In this document: positions 18,261 through 27,728 of the stretch, in pieces
How the letters are laid out: each line of letters begins with the position of its first letter
Position numbering within the stretch: the stretch's first letter is position 1
NCBI GenBank assembly: GCA_003212345.1
Contig: QCPZ01000005.1
Coordinates: forward strand, 20,614 to 84,613
Length of the DNA: 64,000 bases
Reading direction: 5' to 3'
Source: SAR116 cluster bacterium AG-447-A06
GTDB taxonomy: Bacteria; Pseudomonadota; Alphaproteobacteria; Puniceispirillales; Puniceispirillaceae
Notes under the pieces: model-generated
Database searches by the model: none
What the model was told of the DNA's origin: nothing
What the model saw: the letters and a program-made list of their open reading frames with translations, nothing else
Translations under genes and position numbers: made by a program

Positions 18261-19463
18261 TCAATTGGATCTAAACTGAGTCATTTCTTCTTCAATGATC
18301 GTTGAGATCACATCACAATCACCAATTGAGAAGGTCAATGGCACCCGCATATCCAGAGTTTTTTCTAGAACACGCAACGTTGTTGGAAGGACCGGAATAT
18401 CGTCAATGTAGCGCCAACTATCATATCGACTGGTAAAAGCCTTGGGCTCATCATCACCAAACCATTTCAATTCAACCCCACGTTTGGCACATGCGGCCAC
18501 AAATTCTGGGATTGCCGATGTGGCCAGCCCTTCAGCGCGGAACTGGATTGACGATCCAACATAAAATTCATCTTGTTTACGAGCTGGAATTACCACGCCC
18601 GTCATGCCAGAAAGTGACGCATGAAGACGATCATAAAGCTGATTCCAGCGAGACAAATTATTCTCAAGACCAGGCAATTGAGCGCGTAAGATTGCTGCCC
18701 GCATATGGTCCATCCGCCCAGAATAATTTGGCGCATGAAGGCGCACTTTTTCGAAAACCTCTTCAGCAGGAATGGCGCCATGGCGACCATAAAGCATATA
18801 TGAACCTGAGGAGACAACTGCTCGCGCCGCAAGTTCCGGATCATTCGTCGTCAAAAACCCACCCTCACCAGAATTCATATGTTTGTATGTCTGGGTTGAA
18901 AAAGCTGCCACTTTGCCAAAATTACCGGATCGAATTCCGCGCCATTTTGCACCCATGGTATGAGCGCAATCTTCGATCAAGCAAAGATCATGCTCCGCAC
19001 AAACTAACATCAACTTTTCCATATCAGGGATATGGCCGCGCATGTATGACAGTAACAGATATTTAGCACCAGATTCGCCAGCCTTTGCTGCCAAATCATC
19101 AAGATCAATATGATAGTTTTCGTCAATATCAACCAGAATCGGCACGCCACCTACATTGTGAATTGCACCCGGCACCGGTGCCAAGGTATAGGCATTCGCG
19201 AGAACTTTATCACCCGGTTCAACCCCGCATATTCGCAGTCCCAACTGAATAGCATATCCGCCTGATGTACACGCAACGCAATAATCAGCCCCCTGCCATT
19301 CAGCATACTCCATTTCGAGGGCGGCCGCCTCACCTGCTTCGTCCGGCAGCAAATTGTAACGATGCAAGCGGCCAGTTTTCAAAATGTCAACAGCTCGCTC
19401 AATACCCGCTTCCGGAATGGCTTCCTGTTGTGTAAATGGTTTAGTGAAAATCATTTTTGTCAT
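18261..19463 (-). CDS. DegT/DnrJ/EryC1/StrS family PLP aminotransferase
   Basis: SGGYA, IEDCAH, FSTQTYKHMNSGEGG (PLP lysine). Confidence 0.85.
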   Translation of the reverse strand: MTKMIFTKPFTQQEAIPEAGIERAVDILKTGRLHRYNLLPDEAGEAAALEMEYAEWQGADYCVACTSGGYAIQLGLRICGVEPGDKVLANAYTLAPVPGAIHNVGGVPILVDIDENYHIDLDDLAAKAGESGAKYLLLSYMRGHIPDMEKLMLVCAEHDLCLIEDCAHTMGAKWRGIRSGNFGKVAAFSTQTYKHMNSGEGGFLTTNDPELAARAVVSSGSYMLYGRHGAIPAEEVFEKVRLHAPNYSGRMDHMRAAILRAQLPGLENNLSRWNQLYDRLHASLSGMTGVVIPARKQDEFYVGSSIQFRAEGLATSAIPEFVAACAKRGVELKWFGDDEPKAFTSRYDSWRYIDDIPVLPTTLRVLEKTLDMRVPLTFSIGDCDVISTIIEEEMTQFRSN

Positions 19464-19510
19464 TACTATTGTCACTTTGTCTCGGGCATTTTGTGTCGTT
19501 ACATTTTTGG

Positions 19511-20620
19511 TTAAGTCTGCTTTGGAAAATAATCCTCAAATACGCTCTCACGGTTAACATCAGCCGTGCAACAATGCAAGCCTCCACCAAATGCATAAGC
19601 GTCGCGTAAATCCACCTCGATCACATTCATCCCAAGTTTGTCCATTTGCTCGGCCTGATAAACTTCCGATTTTTCCACACATACCGTTTTTGGATCAAGC
19701 ACCAAAACGTTCATGCTTAGCCAAACTGATGAATAGCACAAGGCTGGGGGTGAGTTATGAGCTGGCTGCGCTGCATCAACAATTTCCCATCCATTATCAT
19801 TGAACAATCGGCGCTGTTCATCCGGAAGGCGGCGATGGGGATTGTTTAAAATCAATCCAGGGCGCAGCGGTGTAAATGTCGCGTCAATATGAATTGGATA
19901 GGGATCACCGGGAAAATTTACCGCATGAACACGGTGATCAGGGAAATGCCGTCTTATCCATTCAATGCCCTTCATATTTGTGGTAAAACCATGTTGCACG
20001 ACGAGGTCTTTGCCAAAACGCAAAACATCAGCCGCATCAAATAACGGCTCTTCCTCGGTTGTGACAAAAAAACGTTCAGCTGCCCATTGTAACCGCTTCT
20101 CAACACCTATTTTTTCCGAGAGGTAATCCGGGTGGTAATCGGCATCAGTTAAGCGTGGTTTTGGAGCAGCCTCATGGCGGAAATTTGGATCTTCATCCCA
20201 ATATTTTTGCATCAATGGGCGGTAACAAAGATATTCAAACCACCGGCACCGATATGACATCGTAGCCTCAAGAATTTCACTGCCAACAGTTAGCAAAACA
20301 TCGCGAGGTGGCATACAACCAAATTGACTTTCAGTATGAAAATCCGGCGTCGAAGCTGGTTGAGAAAAATCAATGGGAGTTGGGCGATCAACTGTTATTC
20401 CACGTTGTTCGAGCATGTTAGCAAAATTATCTAACAACTCATTTGCCCGATCGATTGTTTCCTGCGGGCGACGTCCCCATTGGCCCCGCATATCACTGTC
20501 TTCGGGAACCTTGGCATCCAGCGCCGGCTCCTCAGGTGGAATGTGGCAATCATCAGCGCGGCCAACGATCACATGTTTTAATGGATCCCATTCATTCCAA
20601 CTATTTACAACTGTTGACAT
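19511..20620 (-). CDS. Amidinotransferase (glycine/inosamine amidinotransferase family)
   Basis: NSWNEWDPLKHVIVG, PRD, FDAAD, IHID, GGGLHC (Asp-His-Cys triad intact); ATG at 20620 behind GGAG. Confidence 0.9.
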   Translation of the reverse strand: MSTVVNSWNEWDPLKHVIVGRADDCHIPPEEPALDAKVPEDSDMRGQWGRRPQETIDRANELLDNFANMLEQRGITVDRPTPIDFSQPASTPDFHTESQFGCMPPRDVLLTVGSEILEATMSYRCRWFEYLCYRPLMQKYWDEDPNFRHEAAPKPRLTDADYHPDYLSEKIGVEKRLQWAAERFFVTTEEEPLFDAADVLRFGKDLVVQHGFTTNMKGIEWIRRHFPDHRVHAVNFPGDPYPIHIDATFTPLRPGLILNNPHRRLPDEQRRLFNDNGWEIVDAAQPAHNSPPALCYSSVWLSMNVLVLDPKTVCVEKSEVYQAEQMDKLGMNVIEVDLRDAYAFGGGLHCCTADVNRESVFEDYFPKQT

Positions 20621-20886
20621 CTTCTTCTCCACTCAACTCACAAAACATGAGCTATCGATGTAAATCTTGGACTTGATACAACAATTTTATTCCAGCCTAA
20701 ACAACATATTTTATTAGTGTTAGATTGTTGCTGATGCATTCTAGGAAGCCATTGCAGAACAAACCCAAAAATCCTTTATAAAGATGAAAAAGTGGTCAGC
20801 CTATGCCTAATCAAAATAGCGAACTCTCATTTGTAAAAACACTTGCGTCTTTTTTAATCTTGGGTAATACAAATTACCAAGGTTTC

Positions 20887-20958
20887 GAGCGATGGCGTCG
20901 CTCCAGCCCCGTTAAATTACGCGGTTGCGCCTTACACAAATGTCCTGAACGCCGGGGC
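20887..20958 (+). promoter_or_regulatory. Candidate structured 5' leader of the creatinase gene
   Basis: Hairpin GAGCGA-TGGCG-TCGCTC (20887-20903); long-range stem GCCCCG (20906-20911) with CGGGGC (20953-20958); a pyrimidine tract and the RBS follow. Confidence 0.3.
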
Positions 20959-20989
20959 CTTCTTTTGAAACAGTCAATGGAGGGTCTTA

Positions 20990-22198
20990 ATGACTTCACG
21001 ACCAGAAATGTACCGTTTTCACAACGGTGAAAAATCAAAATTACCATTCCTAAATTCAGAATATGAAACCCGTCTTGCCGGCCTACGTTCGATTATGGCG
21101 AAAACTGGGGTTGAGGCGGCAGTATTTACCTCCATGCATTCCATCGCCTATTATTCGGGCTTTCTGTATTGCTCGTTTGGCCGACCATACGGGTTGGTAG
21201 TTACCGCCAAAGATCATGTCACGATCTCTGCAGGCATTGACGCCGGTCAGCCATGGCGGTGGTCGCATGGCGACAATATCACCTATACCGATTGGCAGCG
21301 CGATAATTTCTGGCGGGCCGTTTGCAAAGTTGCTGGGAAAAAGAGTGTCATCGGCTATGAAGGTGACCACCTAACCCTTGATCAATTTGCAAAACTGAAC
21401 TCGACCCTCGAACCGAATAACACAATAAATATATCGGTTTTAATCATGCAACAACGCATGCAGAAATCGCCGGCTGAAATAACATTAATTCGAAAAGCAG
21501 CAAGGATTGCCGATATTGGCGGCTACGCTGTGAAGGATGCCATAAGGGAAGGGCAACGTGAAATTGATATTGCTATGGCGGGTCGAAATGCGATGGAGTT
21601 AGAGATTGCGAATGCGTTTCCTAATGCAGAATATCGGGACACATGGGTGTGGTTCCAATCTGGCATTAATACCGATGGCGCCCACAACCCAGTAACAGGC
21701 CGCAGTTTGCAACATGGTGATATTTTATCGTTGAATAGCTTTCCAATGATTTCTGGCTATTATACCGCATTGGAAAGAACCATGTTTCTGGGCGAGGCAG
21801 ACCAGGAAAGCCTCAGAATTTGGAAAGCCAACATCGCCACGCATGAATATGGCATGAGTTTGCTGAAGCCCGGCGTCACATGCGGCACAGTCACACGTAA
21901 AATCAACGATTTTCTTGAAGAACGTGACTTGCTGCAATATCGAACCTTTGGTTATGGCCACTCATTTGGCATTTTATCTCATTATTACGGACGCGAAGCA
22001 GAACTTGAGCTTAGGGAAGATATCGAAACCATACTCGAGCCAGGGATGGTCATTTCAATGGAACCCATGCTAACAATTCCCCAAGACCAACCTGGCGCAG
22101 GTGGTTACCGCGAACATGATATTCTTGTCATCACCGAGGACGGAAACGAGAACATTACGGGCTATCCCTACGGACCAGACTTTAATATTGTCAGCTAG
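20990..22198 (+). CDS. Creatinase (creatine amidinohydrolase, M24 fold)
   Basis: FHNGEK, YYSGFLYCSFGRPYG, WFQSGINTDGAHNPVT, FGYGHSFG, HYYGREA, GAGGYREHDIL. Confidence 0.93.
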   Translation: MTSRPEMYRFHNGEKSKLPFLNSEYETRLAGLRSIMAKTGVEAAVFTSMHSIAYYSGFLYCSFGRPYGLVVTAKDHVTISAGIDAGQPWRWSHGDNITYTDWQRDNFWRAVCKVAGKKSVIGYEGDHLTLDQFAKLNSTLEPNNTINISVLIMQQRMQKSPAEITLIRKAARIADIGGYAVKDAIREGQREIDIAMAGRNAMELEIANAFPNAEYRDTWVWFQSGINTDGAHNPVTGRSLQHGDILSLNSFPMISGYYTALERTMFLGEADQESLRIWKANIATHEYGMSLLKPGVTCGTVTRKINDFLEERDLLQYRTFGYGHSFGILSHYYGREAELELREDIETILEPGMVISMEPMLTIPQDQPGAGGYREHDILVITEDGNENITGYPYGPDFNIVS

Positions 22199-22270
22199 TT
22201 TCAGTAACAAAATATGGTCAAGCCCAATCTAGGGTTTGACCAGCGGTCGAGTTTAAGGCAGGAGATCAGA

Positions 22271-23056
22271 TTACTTCCCCTTCCATACCGGATCACGCTT
22301 TTCAGCAAAGGCCCGCGCTCCTTCAAGCTGGTCCTCAGAATTATATAATGTAGCCACAGTAGCAAATTGGCTTTTGGTAATGCGTTCCATGGCATCATGA
22401 AATTTCATATCTTCGGCCTCACGCACAATTTCCTTTATCGCGGCATAAACGAGTGGGGGGCCCGCAGCAAGCATATCAGCTAATTCACGCGCTTTTTCCA
22501 TCAATTTAGCAGCAGGATAAATGTGGTTAACAATGCCCCACCGCACCGCCTCTTCCGCGTCAAGCCAGCGTCCGGTAAACAACATCTCCATTGCAATATG
22601 GTAGGGGATGCGCTTTGGCAGTTTCACACTCGCCGCATCAGCGACTGTGCCGGACCGGATTTCAGGAAGTGCGAAGCTGGCATGATCAGCAGATAGAATC
22701 ATATCCGCCGAAAGTGCAAGTTCCAATCCGCCGCCACAGGCAATACCATTGACTGCCGCAATCACCGGTTTATTCAGATCACGCAATTGCTGAAGACCTC
22801 CAAAACCACCAACACCATAATCACCATCAACGGCATCGCCTTCGGCGGCGGCTTTTAAATCCCACCCCGGACAGAAAAATTTTTCACCAGCCCCGGTGAT
22901 AATGGCAACGCGCAAATCGGGGTCATCACGAAAAGACTGAAACACCTGTCCCATGATTCTGCTCGTGGCAAGATCAATAGCATTCGCCTTTGGCCGATCA
23001 AGCGTCACTTCCAGCACATGGCCCCTGCGTTCAGTTTTGATTGGGGCATCTGTCAT
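22271..23056 (-). CDS. caiD: Carnitinyl-CoA dehydratase / crotonobetainyl-CoA hydratase
   Basis: LDRPKANAID, FFCPGWDLKAAA, GGGLELAL, LPEI; located in the carnitine operon. Confidence 0.85.
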   Translation of the reverse strand: MTDAPIKTERRGHVLEVTLDRPKANAIDLATSRIMGQVFQSFRDDPDLRVAIITGAGEKFFCPGWDLKAAAEGDAVDGDYGVGGFGGLQQLRDLNKPVIAAVNGIACGGGLELALSADMILSADHASFALPEIRSGTVADAASVKLPKRIPYHIAMEMLFTGRWLDAEEAVRWGIVNHIYPAAKLMEKARELADMLAAGPPLVYAAIKEIVREAEDMKFHDAMERITKSQFATVATLYNSEDQLEGARAFAEKRDPVWKGK

Positions 23057-25119
23057 ATTGTCTCTCCTTGTTTGATCAGGGCGTCAACGGCAATGGCACC
23101 ATTCTGGACGACAATCAACGGGTTGATTTCAAGTTCTTGCATCGATGATCTATGAGTTCGAACATAACTTTGAATTGCCATGACAGCATCTATTACTGCC
23201 TTTCTATCGGCAGGTGGTTTGCCACGGAAACCATCAAATAATGGCGTAATTGCTAATTGTCCAAGTGCCAATCGCACATCATCTTCACTAATTGGCAATA
23301 TCAGAGTAACGTGATCTTCGATTAATTCTGTCATAATACCGCCGGCACCAATGGTAAGCAAAAACCCATGAGCCGGATCTGCAACCACGCCAATCAATAG
23401 CTCAGCCAAGGGGATACCAATCATTTCCTCAACCAAATAACCATCAGGGGCTGCGTTTTGGCGAGCCATCTCCTGGGCAGCCGCAATCACGGCTGCTGCA
23501 TCATCTAGCCCCAGCGCCACCGCTCCAGCTTCAGTTTTATGCACCCACCCTTGTCCTTTTAGGACATAGGGAGCCGCCAACTGGTCTAGGGCAGTTTCTA
23601 ATTGGTCAATTCTATTTACCAGCATGCTTGCTGGCACATTTACCCCGGCGCCCAACAGCTCCACTTTAGCTGAAGCATCAGTGATATTTTTCCCGCCACC
23701 ATTTTTTGGAGTTGGCCAAACAGGGGGTGGAAAAGGCGTCGCAAATGCTCGGCCAATCCTGGCCGCCGCTTCAATTGCGACCACAGTTTCACCTAAGCCA
23801 CATAAAACAAATGTCCCATCAGCTCGCAGCTTGCAGATCAATTCTTCATCAATATTTTCTGGCAAACTAGTAGAAATAATTAGCGGCTGTTTTGTTATGC
23901 TGCGAGTTGTGGCCACTGCGTTTAAAACGCACTCCCACGCCGATGGATCACATAGATCACTGCGGGGGAAATCAACCACCACCACCCCTAAATCCACCTC
24001 CCCCTGCATCATAGCGGTATAGACGCCCCCCATCGTCTCATCATCACCCCAGATGTAGGTATGATAATCCAAGGGATTTGCCAAAGTGACTCTGTCGCCA
24101 AGTAAAGACGCTAATTGCGACTTCTGCGCTTCATTTAAAGGGGTAAATTCAAGTTCTCGTGTTAGAGCAAGATCAGCAATTAGACTTGCCTCCCCACCAG
24201 AACAAGATAGCGAAGCAATACGATTGCCAGCAAGTGGACCAACCCCATCAAGCAATTTTAGCGTCTCAACAAAATCACTTAATCCGTCCACACGTGCGAC
24301 ACCAAGGCGGCGTAGCAAAGCATCAGCGCCGGTATCACTTCCCGCAATTGAAGCAGTATGAGAAATTGTTGCTGCCTGTGCCTCCGCTGAACGGCCCACC
24401 TTAATTGCCACAATGCCCTTACCAAGATCATGCGCAGTTTTTGCCATTGCTTCAAACTTGGCATGATTATCAATGCCTTCGATGTGGAGGCCAAGGGCCG
24501 TTACGCGATGATCCCGCAAAACATGCTGGCCTATATCAGCAAGGCTTGTTTGAGCCTGATTTCCAACAGTTATCATGTAAGCAACGCGAAGACCACGCTT
24601 CTGCATAGTAAGGCTTATCGCCATGTTCGAACTTTGTGTGATAATCGCGACGCCACCTTCCACATGAATGCCACCATGCTGATCAGGCCAAAGACAAACC
24701 GAGTCGAGATAATTAATAAAGCCATAGCAATTTGGACCAAGAATTGGCATATCACCTGCTGCGGCTGCGAGTTGAGCTTGTAAATCTGTTGTTTCATTAT
24801 CCGCGCTACCATCTGCGGTCTCACGAAAGCCAGAAGCAAAACAAACTGCACCACCAGCCCTCATCGAGGCCAATGCGCCAACAACTTTTATGGTGGTCTC
24901 CCTATTCACACCTATAAAGGCGGCATCAGGCGGGTTTGGAAAATCTGTCACTTGATGGTAGGGAGTGATTCCCTCTATCTCGTTTGCAGTGGGATGTGCA
25001 ATGTAAATCTCTCCAACAAACCCAATTTTTCGGACCTGCGTAATTAGCGAACGGCACCAGACACCGCCCCCGATCACCGCAATACTTTTTGGTGAGAGTA
25101 AACGTGAGAGAGACCGCAT
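23053..25119 (-). CDS. Acetate-CoA ligase (ADP-forming) family acyl-CoA synthetase, likely gamma-butyrobetaine-CoA ligase
   Basis: PKSIAVIGG, GPNCYG, SHTASIAG, NPLDY, HKTEAGAV, ELEINPL; operon context. Confidence 0.8.
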   Translation of the reverse strand: MRSLSRLLSPKSIAVIGGGVWCRSLITQVRKIGFVGEIYIAHPTANEIEGITPYHQVTDFPNPPDAAFIGVNRETTIKVVGALASMRAGGAVCFASGFRETADGSADNETTDLQAQLAAAAGDMPILGPNCYGFINYLDSVCLWPDQHGGIHVEGGVAIITQSSNMAISLTMQKRGLRVAYMITVGNQAQTSLADIGQHVLRDHRVTALGLHIEGIDNHAKFEAMAKTAHDLGKGIVAIKVGRSAEAQAATISHTASIAGSDTGADALLRRLGVARVDGLSDFVETLKLLDGVGPLAGNRIASLSCSGGEASLIADLALTRELEFTPLNEAQKSQLASLLGDRVTLANPLDYHTYIWGDDETMGGVYTAMMQGEVDLGVVVVDFPRSDLCDPSAWECVLNAVATTRSITKQPLIISTSLPENIDEELICKLRADGTFVLCGLGETVVAIEAAARIGRAFATPFPPPVWPTPKNGGGKNITDASAKVELLGAGVNVPASMLVNRIDQLETALDQLAAPYVLKGQGWVHKTEAGAVALGLDDAAAVIAAAQEMARQNAAPDGYLVEEMIGIPLAELLIGVVADPAHGFLLTIGAGGIMTELIEDHVTLILPISEDDVRLALGQLAITPLFDGFRGKPPADRKAVIDAVMAIQSYVRTHRSSMQELEINPLIVVQNGAIAVDALIKQGETI

Positions 25120-26280
25120 CTAAGCCCCCAACGGGCGGAGTAATTCGCGGCTAATAATATGACGCTGTATTTCGGATGTTCCATCCCAAATACGTTCCAC
25201 TCGTGCATCGCGCCAGAATCTCTCAATTGGGTAATCATCCATCAACCCCATGCCACCATGAATTTGCAAGGCAGCATCAGTTACCCTTGCCAACATCTCA
25301 GTGGCATAAAGTTTAGCACTTGCAATTTCGCGATTTGCCAACAGCCCCTGATCAAGCCGCCATGCCGATGCAAGGGTCATGAAATCAGCCGCGTCAATCT
25401 CAGTAATCATGTCGGCAAGTTGAAAACTTACCCCCTGAAACTTGCCAATCTGCTGACCAAATTGTTGGCGATCAGCAGCAAAATTTAGTGCATAATCAAA
25501 ACACCGGCGGGCTCGGCCAATGCTCATCGCAGCTACAGTTATACGGGTTGCGTAGAGCCATGTATTCATTACATCAAAACCGCCATCAACCGCACCTAAA
25601 ACTTGTGAGTCGGGTAAGCGACAGTCATCGAAATCTAGAATCATATTTTTATAGCCGCGGTGGCTAACTGATTTATAACCATCACGAATGGTAAAGCCAG
25701 GTGTGCCCCGATCCACAAGAAATGCGGTAATACGCTTTTTTGGGCCTTTTGGTGTTTCGTCCTCGCCAGTTGCAATAAACACAATTATGAAATCAGCGTG
25801 CTCCGCCCCAGAAATAAAATGTTTTGTGCCATTCACCAGCCAGTCGCCACCATCACGAACAGCATGGCATTTCATACCACGCACATCCGACCCCGCATCA
25901 GGTTCAGTCATTGCTAATGCATCCATTTTTTCGCCGCGAACCGCGGGAAATAAATAGCGTTCACGCTGATCCCCCTCACAGGCCATCAAAATATTCTGCG
26001 GTCGACCAAAAAAGTGTGTAAGCGCCATTGAACCCCTGCCAAGCTCTCGCTCAACAAGGGCAAATTCAAGATGGTTTAGACCAGCACCACCAACCGTTTG
26101 ATCAAAATTGCAGGCATAAAAACCCATATCAATGGTCTTTTTTTTGATCTGCATTGCTATCTCAGCTGGCACTTCGCCACTTCGCTCGACCAGATCTTCG
26201 TGCGGATAAATTTCATTTTCAACAAAGGATCGAACTGTTTGCACAATCATTTCTTGTTCTTCGCTTAGGCCAAAATCCAT
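25120..26280 (-). CDS. Acyl-CoA dehydrogenase (likely gamma-butyrobetainyl-CoA dehydrogenase)
   Basis: AMTEPDAGSD, NGTKHFIS, RQQFGQ, IHGGMG, RIWDGTSEIQR; ATG 26280 overlaps the upstream stop (TAATG). Confidence 0.88.
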   Translation of the reverse strand: MDFGLSEEQEMIVQTVRSFVENEIYPHEDLVERSGEVPAEIAMQIKKKTIDMGFYACNFDQTVGGAGLNHLEFALVERELGRGSMALTHFFGRPQNILMACEGDQRERYLFPAVRGEKMDALAMTEPDAGSDVRGMKCHAVRDGGDWLVNGTKHFISGAEHADFIIVFIATGEDETPKGPKKRITAFLVDRGTPGFTIRDGYKSVSHRGYKNMILDFDDCRLPDSQVLGAVDGGFDVMNTWLYATRITVAAMSIGRARRCFDYALNFAADRQQFGQQIGKFQGVSFQLADMITEIDAADFMTLASAWRLDQGLLANREIASAKLYATEMLARVTDAALQIHGGMGLMDDYPIERFWRDARVERIWDGTSEIQRHIISRELLRPLGA

Positions 26281-27683
26281 TATCCCAGCTCCTTGCCAAG
26301 GGTGACAATATTTTGCGCAACCGACCCAACGGGGTCGCAACTACGGCGGGTTTCAAGGCTAACATGCAGCAGAAACTGCTCACAAATATTCAATACTTCC
26401 TCATCACGGGCCCGTCTCATCACATGGCGCATCTTTAGTTTTTTACCAGCCGCAAGTAGAATTTCGGTATCTACAAAAATCTTCTCGCCAGCATGTGTTT
26501 CCTGCAAGAATTTAACGTTAGTTTCCACAGTGAAATAGCTATGTCCATTTTCAACATACTCGGCGCCAGCGCCAAGTGACTGTAGCACCCGGTCTGCCGC
26601 ATCAGAAAAAACCTGCCCGTACCGGCCCTCATTCATATGACCGTTATAATCAGTCCAATCTATCGGCACAGTGCGATGCACAGATCGCAGCTTCACCGCC
26701 AGTTTAGGGACGTCGATCAGATTAGCCTCATGAGCATTAATAATTGTGCCTGCCGCCTGACCCTGCTGTTTTAAGGCACGAAGCAACGCAACAAGATTAT
26801 GATTTCGTTTGGTTTCCAGCTCAGCAATACTATGCTGGCCTGATTGTGCGTTTGATTGATTACTGATTTTCTGGACCAAATCATTAGTCAGCTCCGGCAC
26901 GTCCATGAGTTTAGTCCAGGGCCATTTCAGACAAGGGCCAAACTGGGCAATAAAATGCGCCATGCCAGCCTCACCACCCGCAATTCGATAAGTTTCAAAT
27001 AAACCCATTTGCGCCCAGCGCAGACCAAAGCCAAAGCGGATAGCGTCATCAATTTCTTTGGTTGTAGCAATGTCATCATTGATAAGCCATAAGCCTTCAC
27101 GCCAAACCGCTTCAAGAAGTCGGTCAGCAATATGCGCGTCAATTTCCTTTCGCACATGCAGTGGCGACAAACCAATAGAAGTTAATAGGTGAGTCGCCAC
27201 TTTAAGATGCTGCGTTGACGTTTTAGGGCTGGGCACCACCTCGACAAGGGGCAATAGATAAACCGGATTGAACGGGTGACAAACCATGATCTGTTGGGCA
27301 AAAATGGATCCTTGCTGCAATTCAGATGGTTTGAAACCTGATGTTGATGAAGCAAGCACTGCCTGTTCGGGGGCATGCGCCTGAATGTCCGCAATCACCG
27401 CATGCTTGACATCCAATCGCTCAGGTACACTTTCTTGAATCCAGTCAACACCGGTTACCGTTTCACCAATATGGCTGCAATAGGTCACACTGCCTTCGAC
27501 TGGCAGACTTGTCTCATATAGCATGGGGAGCGCGTGACGCGCCTGATCCAGAACACCATTTATTTTTCGCTCGGCTTCAAGGTCAGGATCAAAAACCCGC
27601 ACATTCCATCCGTTAAGCACAAACCGGGCCAGCCAGCCGCCACCTATCACACCACCACCGATAATTGCCGCTGTCATTGCCAT
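26280..27683 (-). CDS. L-carnitine 3-dehydrogenase fused to a C-terminal hotdog thioesterase
   Basis: GGGVIGGGW, QESVPERL, SSTSG, HPFNPVYLLPLVE, GLRWAQMG; C-terminal WTDYNGHMNE. Confidence 0.88.
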   Translation of the reverse strand: MAMTAAIIGGGVIGGGWLARFVLNGWNVRVFDPDLEAERKINGVLDQARHALPMLYETSLPVEGSVTYCSHIGETVTGVDWIQESVPERLDVKHAVIADIQAHAPEQAVLASSTSGFKPSELQQGSIFAQQIMVCHPFNPVYLLPLVEVVPSPKTSTQHLKVATHLLTSIGLSPLHVRKEIDAHIADRLLEAVWREGLWLINDDIATTKEIDDAIRFGFGLRWAQMGLFETYRIAGGEAGMAHFIAQFGPCLKWPWTKLMDVPELTNDLVQKISNQSNAQSGQHSIAELETKRNHNLVALLRALKQQGQAAGTIINAHEANLIDVPKLAVKLRSVHRTVPIDWTDYNGHMNEGRYGQVFSDAADRVLQSLGAGAEYVENGHSYFTVETNVKFLQETHAGEKIFVDTEILLAAGKKLKMRHVMRRARDEEVLNICEQFLLHVSLETRRSCDPVGSVAQNIVTLGKELG

Positions 27684-27728
27684 ATTTAATTCATTCTCCC
27701 AAGCCCCAACATATCTTATTAAATACCA

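Noticed and set aside
18261-19463. LPS/O-antigen sugar aminotransferase locus
   Set aside because: No glycosyltransferases, nucleotidyltransferases or dehydratases are adjacent
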